Assembly: GCA_965279375.1 (NCBI GenBank)
Contig: OZ257156.1
Coordinates: 5,184,001-5,248,000 of the forward strand
Direction of reading: 5' to 3'
Source of the DNA: Gemmatimonas sp.
GTDB taxonomy: Bacteria > Gemmatimonadota > Gemmatimonadetes > Gemmatimonadales > Gemmatimonadaceae
DNA: 64,000 nucleotides
The number at the start of each line of letters is the position of its first letter. Position 1 is the first letter of the stretch. The translations under genes and the position numbers were made by a program. Below, in pieces: positions 8,863 to 18,196 of the stretch. The notes under the pieces were generated by a model. That model did not search any database. It was not told where the DNA came from and worked only from the letters and a program-made list of their open reading frames with translations.

Positions 8863-10473
8863 TTAGACGAACACAGGTTCTGGGCCCAGACCACGCAGTC
8901 CAGGCAACGCCTCGATCAGCGCTTCACGAGATAGACCAAGCAACGCGTGGCGCTCGACGAGCACGTCGAGATCCACCGGGTACATGTTCTGCCGCGCAGC
9001 GTCCGCCAAACCGGCGACGTTGCGCGGTTCGAGCATCCGGGTCAGCCATTCGGTAAACTCTCGTCGCTCCGCTGCGCTGCCGATGTCGCCGCGACCGTTG
9101 GTGATGGCGCGCAGGCGGCGCAGTGACTCCTGTGGCAGCTCCACCAACACGCTGTCGTCTACGCCGAGAAATCCGCGCCAGGCCACGTCAGCCGTTGGCG
9201 CGATGCGCTGTTGCGTTTCGGCGTACGACACGGTGACGAAGTAGAGCATCGCCTGCGCAGCGAACAGGTCGAAATGCGCCATCGCTTCGTATGCGCCCGC
9301 CACGACGCGATCGATCTGCGTGGCCTCGCGATCGAGCGCGGAGGCGTAGCGAGCGAGCACCGGCGCCGATGGAAGGCGCGTACTGTTTGCGGCCGCTTCG
9401 AACTCGAGCGCGAGGCGTTCGATCGCACGCAGGCTCCACGCGATCCCCGACGAGAACAGCGGATCGACGAAGGCGTACGCATGCGGCAGCATCGCCCAGC
9501 GCGCCCCGGCCGCATGCGTGAGCCTATGTTGTTGCGCCGGTTGAAAGGCAATCGGTCGCAGTGGAACGGCATCGGCGTACGCGCTCGAGATGGTCGGATA
9601 TCGTTGCAGCAACGCCCGCCAGATCTCCTCGGCGCCGGCGTCGTCTCCGATTTGCAGCGACGCGAGTCCGTGCGGCGTGAGCGAGAAGCCCGCGCTCGTG
9701 ACGCCGTCGTCGAAGCGCAGGGCGTACATCCACCCCTCGTCGATGAGGTGGTGTACCGCAGCCCAATCGTCAGGGTACGGACCTGGTGGCAGCCCATTCA
9801 CCACCTCGGGCATGCGCTTCACGCCGGTGAAGTGACTGTACACCACCGCGGATTTCGTCTCGGTGTGCGTGACGGCAGATGGCAGCGAAAGCTGGCGCGC
9901 GAGAAAGCCGCCGGGTCCCGTCGCGTCGATGAGGAAGTTGGCGCGAAGCGAAAATTGCTCGCCGTGGCGACTTCCGCGCAGCTGAATGCCGTCGGCGTCG
10001 AAGTCCGCTCCGAGCACGTCTGCGCCATCGCGATAGTCCACCCCAGCGTCGATCGCCTGCCGCACGAAATGGTGATCGACATCAGCGCGCATCCAATGCG
10101 TGTCGGCCAGCGCGTCATCGGGGCTCGCTGCAACGAGCAGGCGCTCGGACGACATGCCGCGATTCTCGAACGCCTCGTGTGGATGATGCCGATAGAAGGT
10201 GAACCCGCGTTTGAGGCCGCGCCGCACCTCCGGCAGATGCGTAATCCAACGACCGTGCGTGGCGAGCTGGTAGCAGTCTTCGAGACCGTAGCGAACACCC
10301 AGCCGCTCCAGCGAAAGATTGCCGAGTGGTGTGGTGGACTCGCCGATGGCAAAGCGCGGGTGCGAGCCGCGTTCCAGCATCATCACGCGGTATCCGAGCT
10401 TGGCGAGAATGCGCGCGAGCAGCGAACCGGCGAAGCCGCTGCCGACGATCAGGACTTCACAGGCATCCGTCAT
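8863..10473 (-). CDS. flavin-dependent halogenase-like oxidoreductase (PrnC/PltM-like)
   Basis: GSGFAG FAD motif, HPRFAIGESTTP, LKRGFTF (candidate catalytic Lys), GWMYALRF (degenerate WxWxIP), LPHAYAFVDPLFSSG. Confidence 0.8.
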   Translation of the reverse strand: MTDACEVLIVGSGFAGSLLARILAKLGYRVMMLERGSHPRFAIGESTTPLGNLSLERLGVRYGLEDCYQLATHGRWITHLPEVRRGLKRGFTFYRHHPHEAFENRGMSSERLLVAASPDDALADTHWMRADVDHHFVRQAIDAGVDYRDGADVLGADFDADGIQLRGSRHGEQFSLRANFLIDATGPGGFLARQLSLPSAVTHTETKSAVVYSHFTGVKRMPEVVNGLPPGPYPDDWAAVHHLIDEGWMYALRFDDGVTSAGFSLTPHGLASLQIGDDAGAEEIWRALLQRYPTISSAYADAVPLRPIAFQPAQQHRLTHAAGARWAMLPHAYAFVDPLFSSGIAWSLRAIERLALEFEAAANSTRLPSAPVLARYASALDREATQIDRVVAGAYEAMAHFDLFAAQAMLYFVTVSYAETQQRIAPTADVAWRGFLGVDDSVLVELPQESLRRLRAITNGRGDIGSAAERREFTEWLTRMLEPRNVAGLADAARQNMYPVDLDVLVERHALLGLSREALIEALPGLRGLGPEPVFV

Positions 10474-11444
10474 ACCGCAACGCTCGCTGCGTCGCAGCGG
10501 GCGCAGGCAACGGCGGGTTCCAGTATTCCTGACACGTTCTGCCGATGCAAACGTGCAACGCGATCAGCGCGACAGTGCTCACACGCGGGCAGTCGTTCGG
10601 CGTCCCACATGTCGGCGGTGATGACGGCTGGAGACACTCCCAGACATTGATCGAGCGCTCGCTCTAGGTCACGAAGCGTGGGCGGCGTGAAGTGTCCGAG
10701 CGCTTGCAAGCGCTCGATCTCGCCATTGCCACCGCGTACCGGAATGATGGATACCACGCTCGCGCCACGAGCGGCGGCGTACTCCACGGTGCGGACCGTC
10801 CACTCGATCGATGCGTCCGCCGGCACGTACGGAGCCCCCAGCAACACGAACACGCGCAGGTCGATGTCGTTCTCGCCAAGCAAGTCCGCCGCGCGCGCGA
10901 ACGCATCGAGATCGAGTCGCTTGTTGAGATGCGCGGTCGCTGTGGGTTCGATCGTCTCCAGTCCAACCGCGACTTCCAGGCGGCTGCCGATGCGACGCGC
11001 GAAGTCTATTGTGGCCGGACCAATGGTGTTGACGTGCGACTCTACGGTGAGCGCGCTGTACGCATTCGTGATCTCCACAATGCGCGGCACGTCATCCGGT
11101 GGCACCGCGCGTTTGTCGAAGAAATTGCTCGCATTGTAGAACTTGATGCGATCCGGTCGAGGGCCCGAGTGCTCACGCAGCGCCTGTTCCAACTGCCTGG
11201 GCAGCGCTCCGAGTGGTGTGGGCCCATCAATGGTGTACTGCCACAGATCGCAGAACGAACAGGTGAACGGACATTCCGCGCCCGACAAGAACACGGTCAG
11301 TGCGCGTTCGATCGTGCCATCGGGGCGTCGTTCGTCTTCCAGCGTGCTGCCCTGCGGCGTGAACGCGTCGATGGCGCGCTTGGCCGGCCGCAGGGAGCGA
11401 ATGCGTCGATCGGCGTCCGTCGCGCTCTCACGGAGCGAACTCAC
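10470..11444 (-). CDS. radical SAM protein, TIGR01210/RaSEA-like
   Basis: CPFTCSFC cluster motif; IKFYNASNFFD..AVP, LTVESH and LEVAVGLET segments; C-terminal CEHC...CARC. Confidence 0.8.
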   Translation of the reverse strand: MSSLRESATDADRRIRSLRPAKRAIDAFTPQGSTLEDERRPDGTIERALTVFLSGAECPFTCSFCDLWQYTIDGPTPLGALPRQLEQALREHSGPRPDRIKFYNASNFFDKRAVPPDDVPRIVEITNAYSALTVESHVNTIGPATIDFARRIGSRLEVAVGLETIEPTATAHLNKRLDLDAFARAADLLGENDIDLRVFVLLGAPYVPADASIEWTVRTVEYAAARGASVVSIIPVRGGNGEIERLQALGHFTPPTLRDLERALDQCLGVSPAVITADMWDAERLPACEHCRADRVARLHRQNVSGILEPAVACARCDAASVAV

Positions 11445-12775
11445 ACGGAGCGTGCGTACAGTGTCTCGAAGTGACCGCGATAGCGCGCTTCGTTACGCGG
11501 GAACAGTTCGTCCACGCGGGACGCTGCCACCGATCCATGCTGAAAGCGTCGCTTCTCGAACACCGGCATCTCGATGCCAAGCACCGCGCGAATGCCACGC
11601 GAGACGACTTCGCCCTTGAGCGCGTACAACCGCTCGTGCGAACCCGAGGTCAGCTCCGCAAATGGCAACGCTTCGGCAACCGCGATCACCGACGGACGCG
11701 TGTAGGGGCTGAAGGACTCGAAGCCGTACTCCCGCGCGCAAGCGAAGGCGCGCACGCAGCCGCGGCTGTAGCCACCCGAGTAGGTGAGCGAATGCTTGAT
11801 CGACTCCACGCCCCACCCTTCCTGATAGAGCATGCGGTTGTTCACGACACTCCGGATGGTGAGCTCGCGGTTTTCCTCGATGGGATAGTCCTTGAGATTC
11901 TCGTCGCCACCGTCGCCATCCACCAGCAGCTTCCACTCCGGATAGCGCTCTCTGATGCCGGCAAGCAGCGCGAGATTCACGACCGCGCACTCGACATCCA
12001 GTGGCTTGTAGTCCTCGATGACTGCCACGGCGCGCAACGGATCGAGCGCACTCGACGCAACGTCGATGACTTCGCCAAGCATCTCGAGATTGGTGCGGCG
12101 CAGGAACTCACGCGCCTGCTTCGCGTCTTCGCCTTCCCCGTCGACCGACAGGGTGAACGCCTTGAGCCGCGCCGGTGATTGCCCTTCGTTGAGGAGCAGC
12201 GCGTTCAGACAGAGCAGGATCGCACCGCTGTCGATCCCACCGGAGAAGGGCACGCCGATCGGCGCGGACGGGTCCTGCACGGACAGCCAGCGACGCAGCG
12301 ACTCGTACAGCGCCTCGATGTAGCGGCGGCCGGCGCCATCGAGATCGGTGGAGACGCTGTTGCGCGATGGCTCGAAGAAGCGCCGATGCACCGGATTCGG
12401 ATCGGGACAGCCGATCAGCCGCAGCGTCGTCACGTGGTGCGCGGGCACCATGCGCGTGTAGCTCGGATGGAACTGGTCCAACCAGCCGTGTCGCGCCAGC
12501 TCTGCCGCAATCTCGTCGATTCGTTCGGCGACAATGAGTACCGGGCCCGCAACGGCCTTGGCCAGGAAGTAGCGCATGGGGCGGTCGAGACTGCGCGCGA
12601 GCAGCACGCGCTCGCCGTCCTGCGCCATCAAGGCGAACGACCCTTCGATGGCGAGCACCGCGTCGGCGTTGGTGTCGAGCAGCAGGCGGCAGGCGTCAGC
12701 GGAGCTCATCGACCACAGACGCTGCGACTCGTCGGCGATGAGATTGATGACGTTGGCGATGTAGAGTTGAGACAT
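11441..12775 (-). CDS. asparagine synthase-related ATP pyrophosphatase (N-terminal Cys absent)
   Basis: FSGGIDSG PP-loop, DGDGGDE, KRRFQHG. True start is ATG 12775 (MSQLYIANV); the longer track ORF extends antisense into the next gene. Confidence 0.8.
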   Translation of the reverse strand: MSQLYIANVINLIADESQRLWSMSSADACRLLLDTNADAVLAIEGSFALMAQDGERVLLARSLDRPMRYFLAKAVAGPVLIVAERIDEIAAELARHGWLDQFHPSYTRMVPAHHVTTLRLIGCPDPNPVHRRFFEPSRNSVSTDLDGAGRRYIEALYESLRRWLSVQDPSAPIGVPFSGGIDSGAILLCLNALLLNEGQSPARLKAFTLSVDGEGEDAKQAREFLRRTNLEMLGEVIDVASSALDPLRAVAVIEDYKPLDVECAVVNLALLAGIRERYPEWKLLVDGDGGDENLKDYPIEENRELTIRSVVNNRMLYQEGWGVESIKHSLTYSGGYSRGCVRAFACAREYGFESFSPYTRPSVIAVAEALPFAELTSGSHERLYALKGEVVSRGIRAVLGIEMPVFEKRRFQHGSVAASRVDELFPRNEARYRGHFETLYARSV

Positions 12776-12934
12776 GGCCAAAAAGTATCGATCGCCATCG
12801 AGCGCGACTAGTCGAAATGCACGCTCGGCGTACCTTGACGAAGCGCACCATCGACCGTAGTGATGCCGAGGTACTGGTGCGGTACCGCCGTGTCCGTCGG
12901 CACACGGTGCGTGCGTCCTTCCTCCGTCCCTCCC

Positions 12935-15900
12935 ATGAACATCGTGTTGCACATCGTGTTCGAGACGATTGCACGCCTTTGCTCCCCGCGACGTACCGCG
13001 GGTGTCGCCGCTCTGCTCTGCCTCGGCGGCTGCAGCACCGCCTCGGAACCGCCGGTCTTCAGGCTCCTGGATGCCGGCAAGACAGGCGTGGACTTCGCAA
13101 ACACGATCACCACGTCCGATTCGCTGAACGCGCAGAGCGACCCGTACGTGTACAACGGCGCTGGCGTCGCCGTGGGGGATATCGACAATGACGGGCGCCC
13201 GGACCTGTTCTTTGCCGGCAACATGGTCTCGAGCCGTCTTTACCTGAACAAGGGCGAGATGCGCTTCGAGGACATCACCACGGCGGCCGGCGTGCGTACC
13301 TCGCGCTGGGCGACAGGGGTGACGATGGCGGACATCAACAGCGACGGCTGGCTGGACGTGTACGTCGCCGTGTCCGGTCCGCCGTGGGCCAAGGGCGCAG
13401 ATCGCACCAATCAGCTCTTCATCAACAACCACGACCGCACCTTCACGGAGTCCGCCGCGAAGTACGGCGTTGCCGACAGCAGCTTCACCACGCACTCGGC
13501 GTTGCTGGACTACGACCGCGACGGTTGTCTCGATCTCTTCCTGCTGAACAACGCGCCGACCGATTTTGCACGCGGCGACGGGGGCATGGGCTCCGCCAAC
13601 CGAAAGGGGCAGTCGCCGGGCAGTCTCAACGTGCTCTATCGCAACGACTGCCACGGACACTTTACCGACGTCTCGCTGCAGGCAGGCATCGTTCCGGTCC
13701 CGGGGTACGGACTCGGCGTTGCCGTTGCCGATATCAACGGAGACAGCTGGCCCGACATCTACGTGTCGAACGACATCGGCCCCAACGATGTGCTGTACGT
13801 GAACAATCGCGACGGCACGTTCACGGACAAGGCGGCCCAGTCGCTCAAGCACACGAGTCTTGCCGGCATGGGCGTCGACATCGCCGACTTCAACAACGAC
13901 GGCTGGCCGGACATCGTGCAGGTGGACATGTGGCCGTCCGACCTGACGCGTCGCAAGCGCATGAGCGGGTTCGCCACGTACGATGGGCAGCTCGCCGCGC
14001 GCAGCCGCGGCATCCGCGAGGATGTCAGCGCCAACGTGCTGCAGCTGAGCAACGGCGTCACGCCCAGCGGAGATGTCGTCTTCAGCGATGTCGCGCAGAT
14101 GGCCGGCGTTGCCGCCACCGATTGGAGCTGGAGCGCGCTCTTCGCCGACTTCGACAACGATGGTCTCAAGGACATTTTCATCGGCAACGGCTACCCCAAG
14201 GCGGTCAATGACCTGGACTACCAGACCGCTGCGAATGGAGCGGTGCGCGCGGGCGACACACAGCGCGCACTCAAGTTGCTGAGCGATCTGTACGCCTACG
14301 AATTACCCAACTACGTCTTCCGCAACAACGGCGACCTCACCTTCTCCGATCAGAGCAAGGCGTGGGGTATCGACAAGCCGGGGTTTGCCTATGGCGCGGC
14401 CTACGCCGATCTCGATGGCGATGGCAAGCTGGATCTCGTCGTCAATAACATCGACGGACCCGCGTCGATCTACCACAACGTGCGCCCGACCGATGAAACG
14501 CATCACTTCCTCGCGATCCGGTTGCAGGGCGACTCGCTCAACACGCACGGCATTGGCGCATCGATCGCACTCAGCGCCGGCGGCGTCCAGCAGCATCTCT
14601 ACAACGCGCCGTCGCGTGGTTTCATGTCGAGCATGGATGGCCCGCTCCATTTCGGACTCGGCGGCGCCAACCGCGTAGACACGGTCGCCGTGGTGTGGCC
14701 GGATGGACGGCGACAGCTGTTGACGAATCTCGCAGCGGATCGCGTCGTGGACGTGAAGTGGGCGGACGCCTCGCCACCTACTGCGGGATCTGTCACGCCG
14801 ACGACGTCATCGAAGGTTGCCGCGACCGAACAGTATTTCACGCAGGCCGATGCCTCACAGGGACTCGCGTTCACGCCGCGCCCACCGTCGCTCGTGGACT
14901 TCCACGTGCAACCGCTGCTGCACTACATGCCGTCCCGCCAAGGGCCGCCCACTGCCGTTGGCGATGTGAACGGCGATGGGCTCGACGATGTCTTCGTTGG
15001 CGGCGGCAGCCGTGCGCCTGGCACCCTGCTCGTGCAACAGAAGGACGGACGTTTCGTGGCCTCCACACAGAACCAGCCGTGGACGGCAGACTCGCTGTTC
15101 GACGATTGGGGCGCGCTGTTCTTCGATGCAAATGGCGACGGACGCCCCGACCTGTACGTCGCGAGTGGCGGCTATCAACTCGCGCCCAACTCCCCGCTGC
15201 TGCAGGATCGACTCTATCTCAACACGGGAACGGGCGCCTTCGTCAACGCGCCGGCCAACGCGCTCCCAGCCATGCCAACGAGCACCGCTGCGGTGCGTGC
15301 TGGCGACTTCAATGGCGATGGCAAGCTCGATCTCTTTGTGGGCGGACGCCTGTCACCTCGCGAGTATCCATCGCCCGCTCGCAGCTACGTACTGCGCAAC
15401 GACGGCGATCACTTCACCGACGTGACCGGCGAGGTCGCGCCGGAGTTGGCGAAGCCGATCGGCATGATCACGGATGCGACGTGGGTCGACTTCGATGGCG
15501 ACGGCAAGCTGGATCTCGTCACGGTGGGCGAGTGGATGCCCATCGACTTCTACCGCAACGAAGGGACCCGCCTGCGCAACGTCACGAGCTCGATGAAGCT
15601 TCCGCCGCAGCGCGGCTGGTGGTACAGCCTGGCGGTGGCCGACGTGGACAAGGATGGTCGTCCGGATCTCGTGGCCGGCAACGTTGGACTCAACGTGGCG
15701 TATCAGGCGACGCCCGAGAGCAAGTTCGGCATCTACGCATCGCCGTTCACCGGCGGACAGAACACCGACATCGTGCTGACGCAGCAAGTCGGTCCCAAGG
15801 AAGTCCCCATCGCGTCGCTGGCGACACTCGGCCACGAGATGTACACGCTCGGCGTGAAGTTCCCGACGTACGGCTCGTTCGCGTCAGCGTCGATGGATCA

Positions 15901-16357
15901 ACTCTTCGGGCAGTCCGAACTTCAGCGCGCAGTGCACTATCAGGCCGACACGTTTGCGAGCGTGCTGCTGCACAATGACGGCAACGGCGCGTTCAGCGCC
16001 ACGCCGCTACCATCACTCGCGCAGGCATCACCGATTCGCGGCATCGCGCCGGTGGACGTGGACGGCGACGGCCATCTCGATCTCGTTGTCGCCGGAAACC
16101 TGTACGACATTGAGCCGAACACGCCGAGGGCGGACGCGGGGAACGGGGTCTGGCTGCGTGGCGATGGGCGTGCGCATTTCACTGCGGTATCGCCGCGCGA
16201 GAGCGGCTTTCTTGCACCACACAACGCGGCAGGGCTGGCGCTGCTCACTACCACGGCCGGCAAGTCACTGCTCGTGGCCAACACGGGCGATGCGCTGCAG
16301 CTCTTCTCACTCGGCAAACGCAAACACGGCACCGGTACCGAAGTACCAGTGCCGTGA
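12935..16357 (+). CDS. VCBS/FG-GAP repeat + ASPIC/UnbV (CRTAC1-family) lipoprotein
   Basis: Lipobox LGGC; TGVDFAN, YNGAGVAVGDIDNDG and many DxNxDGxxD repeats; RGFMSSMDGPLHFGLG. Start could be 12860 or 12935. Confidence 0.88.
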   Translation: MNIVLHIVFETIARLCSPRRTAGVAALLCLGGCSTASEPPVFRLLDAGKTGVDFANTITTSDSLNAQSDPYVYNGAGVAVGDIDNDGRPDLFFAGNMVSSRLYLNKGEMRFEDITTAAGVRTSRWATGVTMADINSDGWLDVYVAVSGPPWAKGADRTNQLFINNHDRTFTESAAKYGVADSSFTTHSALLDYDRDGCLDLFLLNNAPTDFARGDGGMGSANRKGQSPGSLNVLYRNDCHGHFTDVSLQAGIVPVPGYGLGVAVADINGDSWPDIYVSNDIGPNDVLYVNNRDGTFTDKAAQSLKHTSLAGMGVDIADFNNDGWPDIVQVDMWPSDLTRRKRMSGFATYDGQLAARSRGIREDVSANVLQLSNGVTPSGDVVFSDVAQMAGVAATDWSWSALFADFDNDGLKDIFIGNGYPKAVNDLDYQTAANGAVRAGDTQRALKLLSDLYAYELPNYVFRNNGDLTFSDQSKAWGIDKPGFAYGAAYADLDGDGKLDLVVNNIDGPASIYHNVRPTDETHHFLAIRLQGDSLNTHGIGASIALSAGGVQQHLYNAPSRGFMSSMDGPLHFGLGGANRVDTVAVVWPDGRRQLLTNLAADRVVDVKWADASPPTAGSVTPTTSSKVAATEQYFTQADASQGLAFTPRPPSLVDFHVQPLLHYMPSRQGPPTAVGDVNGDGLDDVFVGGGSRAPGTLLVQQKDGRFVASTQNQPWTADSLFDDWGALFFDANGDGRPDLYVASGGYQLAPNSPLLQDRLYLNTGTGAFVNAPANALPAMPTSTAAVRAGDFNGDGKLDLFVGGRLSPREYPSPARSYVLRNDGDHFTDVTGEVAPELAKPIGMITDATWVDFDGDGKLDLVTVGEWMPIDFYRNEGTRLRNVTSSMKLPPQRGWWYSLAVADVDKDGRPDLVAGNVGLNVAYQATPESKFGIYASPFTGGQNTDIVLTQQVGPKEVPIASLATLGHEMYTLGVKFPTYGSFASASMDQLFGQSELQRAVHYQADTFASVLLHNDGNGAFSATPLPSLAQASPIRGIAPVDVDGDGHLDLVVAGNLYDIEPNTPRADAGNGVWLRGDGRAHFTAVSPRESGFLAPHNAAGLALLTTTAGKSLLVANTGDALQLFSLGKRKHGTGTEVPVP

Positions 16358-16366
16358 TTGTGTAGT

Positions 16367-16389
16367 GTAGCGACCGCGAGGTGCGTTAC
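16367..16389. terminator. hairpin with GCGA tetraloop between convergent genes
   Basis: GTAGCG-ACC-GCGA-GGT-G-CGTTAC; no clear U-tract. Confidence 0.35.
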
Positions 16390-16393
16390 CGAC

Positions 16394-18193
16394 TTACCAG
16401 CCGGTGTTCTGCGTGAGCCCTGCGCCCTTCGCCTTGCTCAGCTGCACCTGAATCTGCGGGATCGGGAACAGCGCATGGCGCGCGGCCACGGCGGCGGCAC
16501 CACCAAGCTGCAGGCGACGCGTCTTCTCGACGGCCAAGTAGGAGTTGAGCACCGACTCCGCGATACCCCAACGACGCAGGTCGAAGAAGCGGGTGCCTTC
16601 CATGGCCAGTTCGAGGCGGCGTTCGTCGCGCACGGCGGCGCGAGCGACCGTCTGCGAGGTCCACGGCGTGGTGTAGAGTCCGATCTTGTAGTTCGCCCAC
16701 GTGATCCGAGGATCGTTGATGGGCACCGCAATCGACGCGACATCCGTTCCGGGGCCCTGCACGCGCGCACCGGCGCGAGTGCGAACTTCGTTCACGATGG
16801 CGCGCGCGGTTTCCATCGAGCCGGCTTCCACTTCTGCTTCCGCCAGCAACAGCAGCGCATCGGCGTAGCGGAAGATGTGTATGTTCACCGCGTTCAGCTG
16901 CGTGTTGTTCCAGCCGACGGAGCTGACGGCACCGCTGGCCTTCTCGTGCATGTTCTTCTTGTTGCTGTACGGGCCACCGTACGAGGCTGAACGAATCCAA
17001 TCCGGCGCGTGCGGGCCCCAGTCCTTGTACGGCACGCCGTCGCGACCGACCGTGTAGTCGAGGCGCGGGTCAACCGGCGTCTTGTTGGAGGAGGTGAAGT
17101 TCGCGTTGTTGGCGTTCCAGGCCGCGTTCGTCTGCGACGCCGGCAATCCGGTGTTCGGATCGGTGGCGAAGAAGTTGACGAGGTTCTGCGACGGCTGATG
17201 GAAGCCGCAGCAACCGAACGGGCTGCCCGAGTGCGGAAAGGTGAGACGTCCACCGTAGTTGGAGTTCGTGCCGTCCGCCTGACCGTCGTTGGCCGATGCC
17301 TGATAGGCCAGGATCGTCTCACGACCGTTCTCGTACTGCGAGAAGCCCGTCCACACGCGATCGTAGCTGGCTTCGAGAGCGTACGGTCCGGTGGCGCGCA
17401 CTTCGCGAAGCGTGGTCAGCGCCGCGGCGTACTCGGCGTTGAACATCTGCACGCGTCCCTTGTACGCCTTGGCCGTCCACGAGGTGACACGAGCGACGTC
17501 GCTGTTGCGCGGGGTTGCCGGCAGCAGCGCGATCGCGGCGTCGAGGTCCTTGATGATTTCCTTCGCCGCTTCGGCCTTGGTGATGTTGGGCTTGGCGAAG
17601 TCGGTGTCCGTCTCGCGGTAGTACGGGATGTTGCCCCACATCTTCCACGCTTCGAAGTGATAGTGCGCGCGGAGGAAGAGGGCCTCGCCTTCGATACCCT
17701 TCTGGTCCGCCGTCGAAATTTCCGACGGCTTCGCGGCGACGACATCCTTGAGCAGCTTGATCGTGGCGTTGGCGCGAACGACCCCTTCGTACGTCGCGCG
17801 CCACTTGTCATTCAGCTCGCTTTCCACGCCCGGCGCCGACCACTGATACTGCTCGATCGGGTCGATGTTGGGCTGGTCGGTGGCTTCCGAACCCTTGTAG
17901 GCGTCGTCGCTGGCAACGCTGCCCCAGATCCAGTTGCTCGCGGCGGAGCCCCATGCTCCGCCGACACCGCTCGTGAAGTCGAGCTGACGGTACGCGGCCA
18001 TCAGCGTGCCTTCGACGCCGGCCTTGTTCTGAAGGGTTCCGGCATCGAGCGTGCCCTGCGGCACGGAGGCGTCGGTCAGGAACTGGTCGCACCCGTAGAA
18101 CACGCCCGCCGACAGCGTCAGCAGTACCATGCCGAGGAGCGCTGGCTTCCTCGATCCGTATGTCATCGTCGTCCTCTGATTGGAGTATTTCAT
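16394..18193 (-). CDS. RagB/SusD family nutrient-uptake outer-membrane lipoprotein
   Basis: Lipobox-like FYGC; GEALFLRAHYHF, IFRYADALLLLAEA, ERRLELAMEG.RFFDLRRWG, QNTGW end. Confidence 0.92.
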   Translation of the reverse strand: MKYSNQRTTMTYGSRKPALLGMVLLTLSAGVFYGCDQFLTDASVPQGTLDAGTLQNKAGVEGTLMAAYRQLDFTSGVGGAWGSAASNWIWGSVASDDAYKGSEATDQPNIDPIEQYQWSAPGVESELNDKWRATYEGVVRANATIKLLKDVVAAKPSEISTADQKGIEGEALFLRAHYHFEAWKMWGNIPYYRETDTDFAKPNITKAEAAKEIIKDLDAAIALLPATPRNSDVARVTSWTAKAYKGRVQMFNAEYAAALTTLREVRATGPYALEASYDRVWTGFSQYENGRETILAYQASANDGQADGTNSNYGGRLTFPHSGSPFGCCGFHQPSQNLVNFFATDPNTGLPASQTNAAWNANNANFTSSNKTPVDPRLDYTVGRDGVPYKDWGPHAPDWIRSASYGGPYSNKKNMHEKASGAVSSVGWNNTQLNAVNIHIFRYADALLLLAEAEVEAGSMETARAIVNEVRTRAGARVQGPGTDVASIAVPINDPRITWANYKIGLYTTPWTSQTVARAAVRDERRLELAMEGTRFFDLRRWGIAESVLNSYLAVEKTRRLQLGGAAAVAARHALFPIPQIQVQLSKAKGAGLTQNTGW

Positions 18194-18196
18194 CGG

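Noticed and set aside
8834..12934. RiPP or lasso precursor peptide for the AsnB-like, radical SAM and halogenase genes
   Set aside because: The intergenic gaps are too short, and no leader/core-like small ORF, RRE/PqqD protein or B2 protease was found.
12776..13852. N-terminal extension making the AsnB-like ORF 803 aa (apparent fusion)
   Set aside because: It is the antisense frame of the VCBS gene; protein-like sequence begins at ATG 12775.
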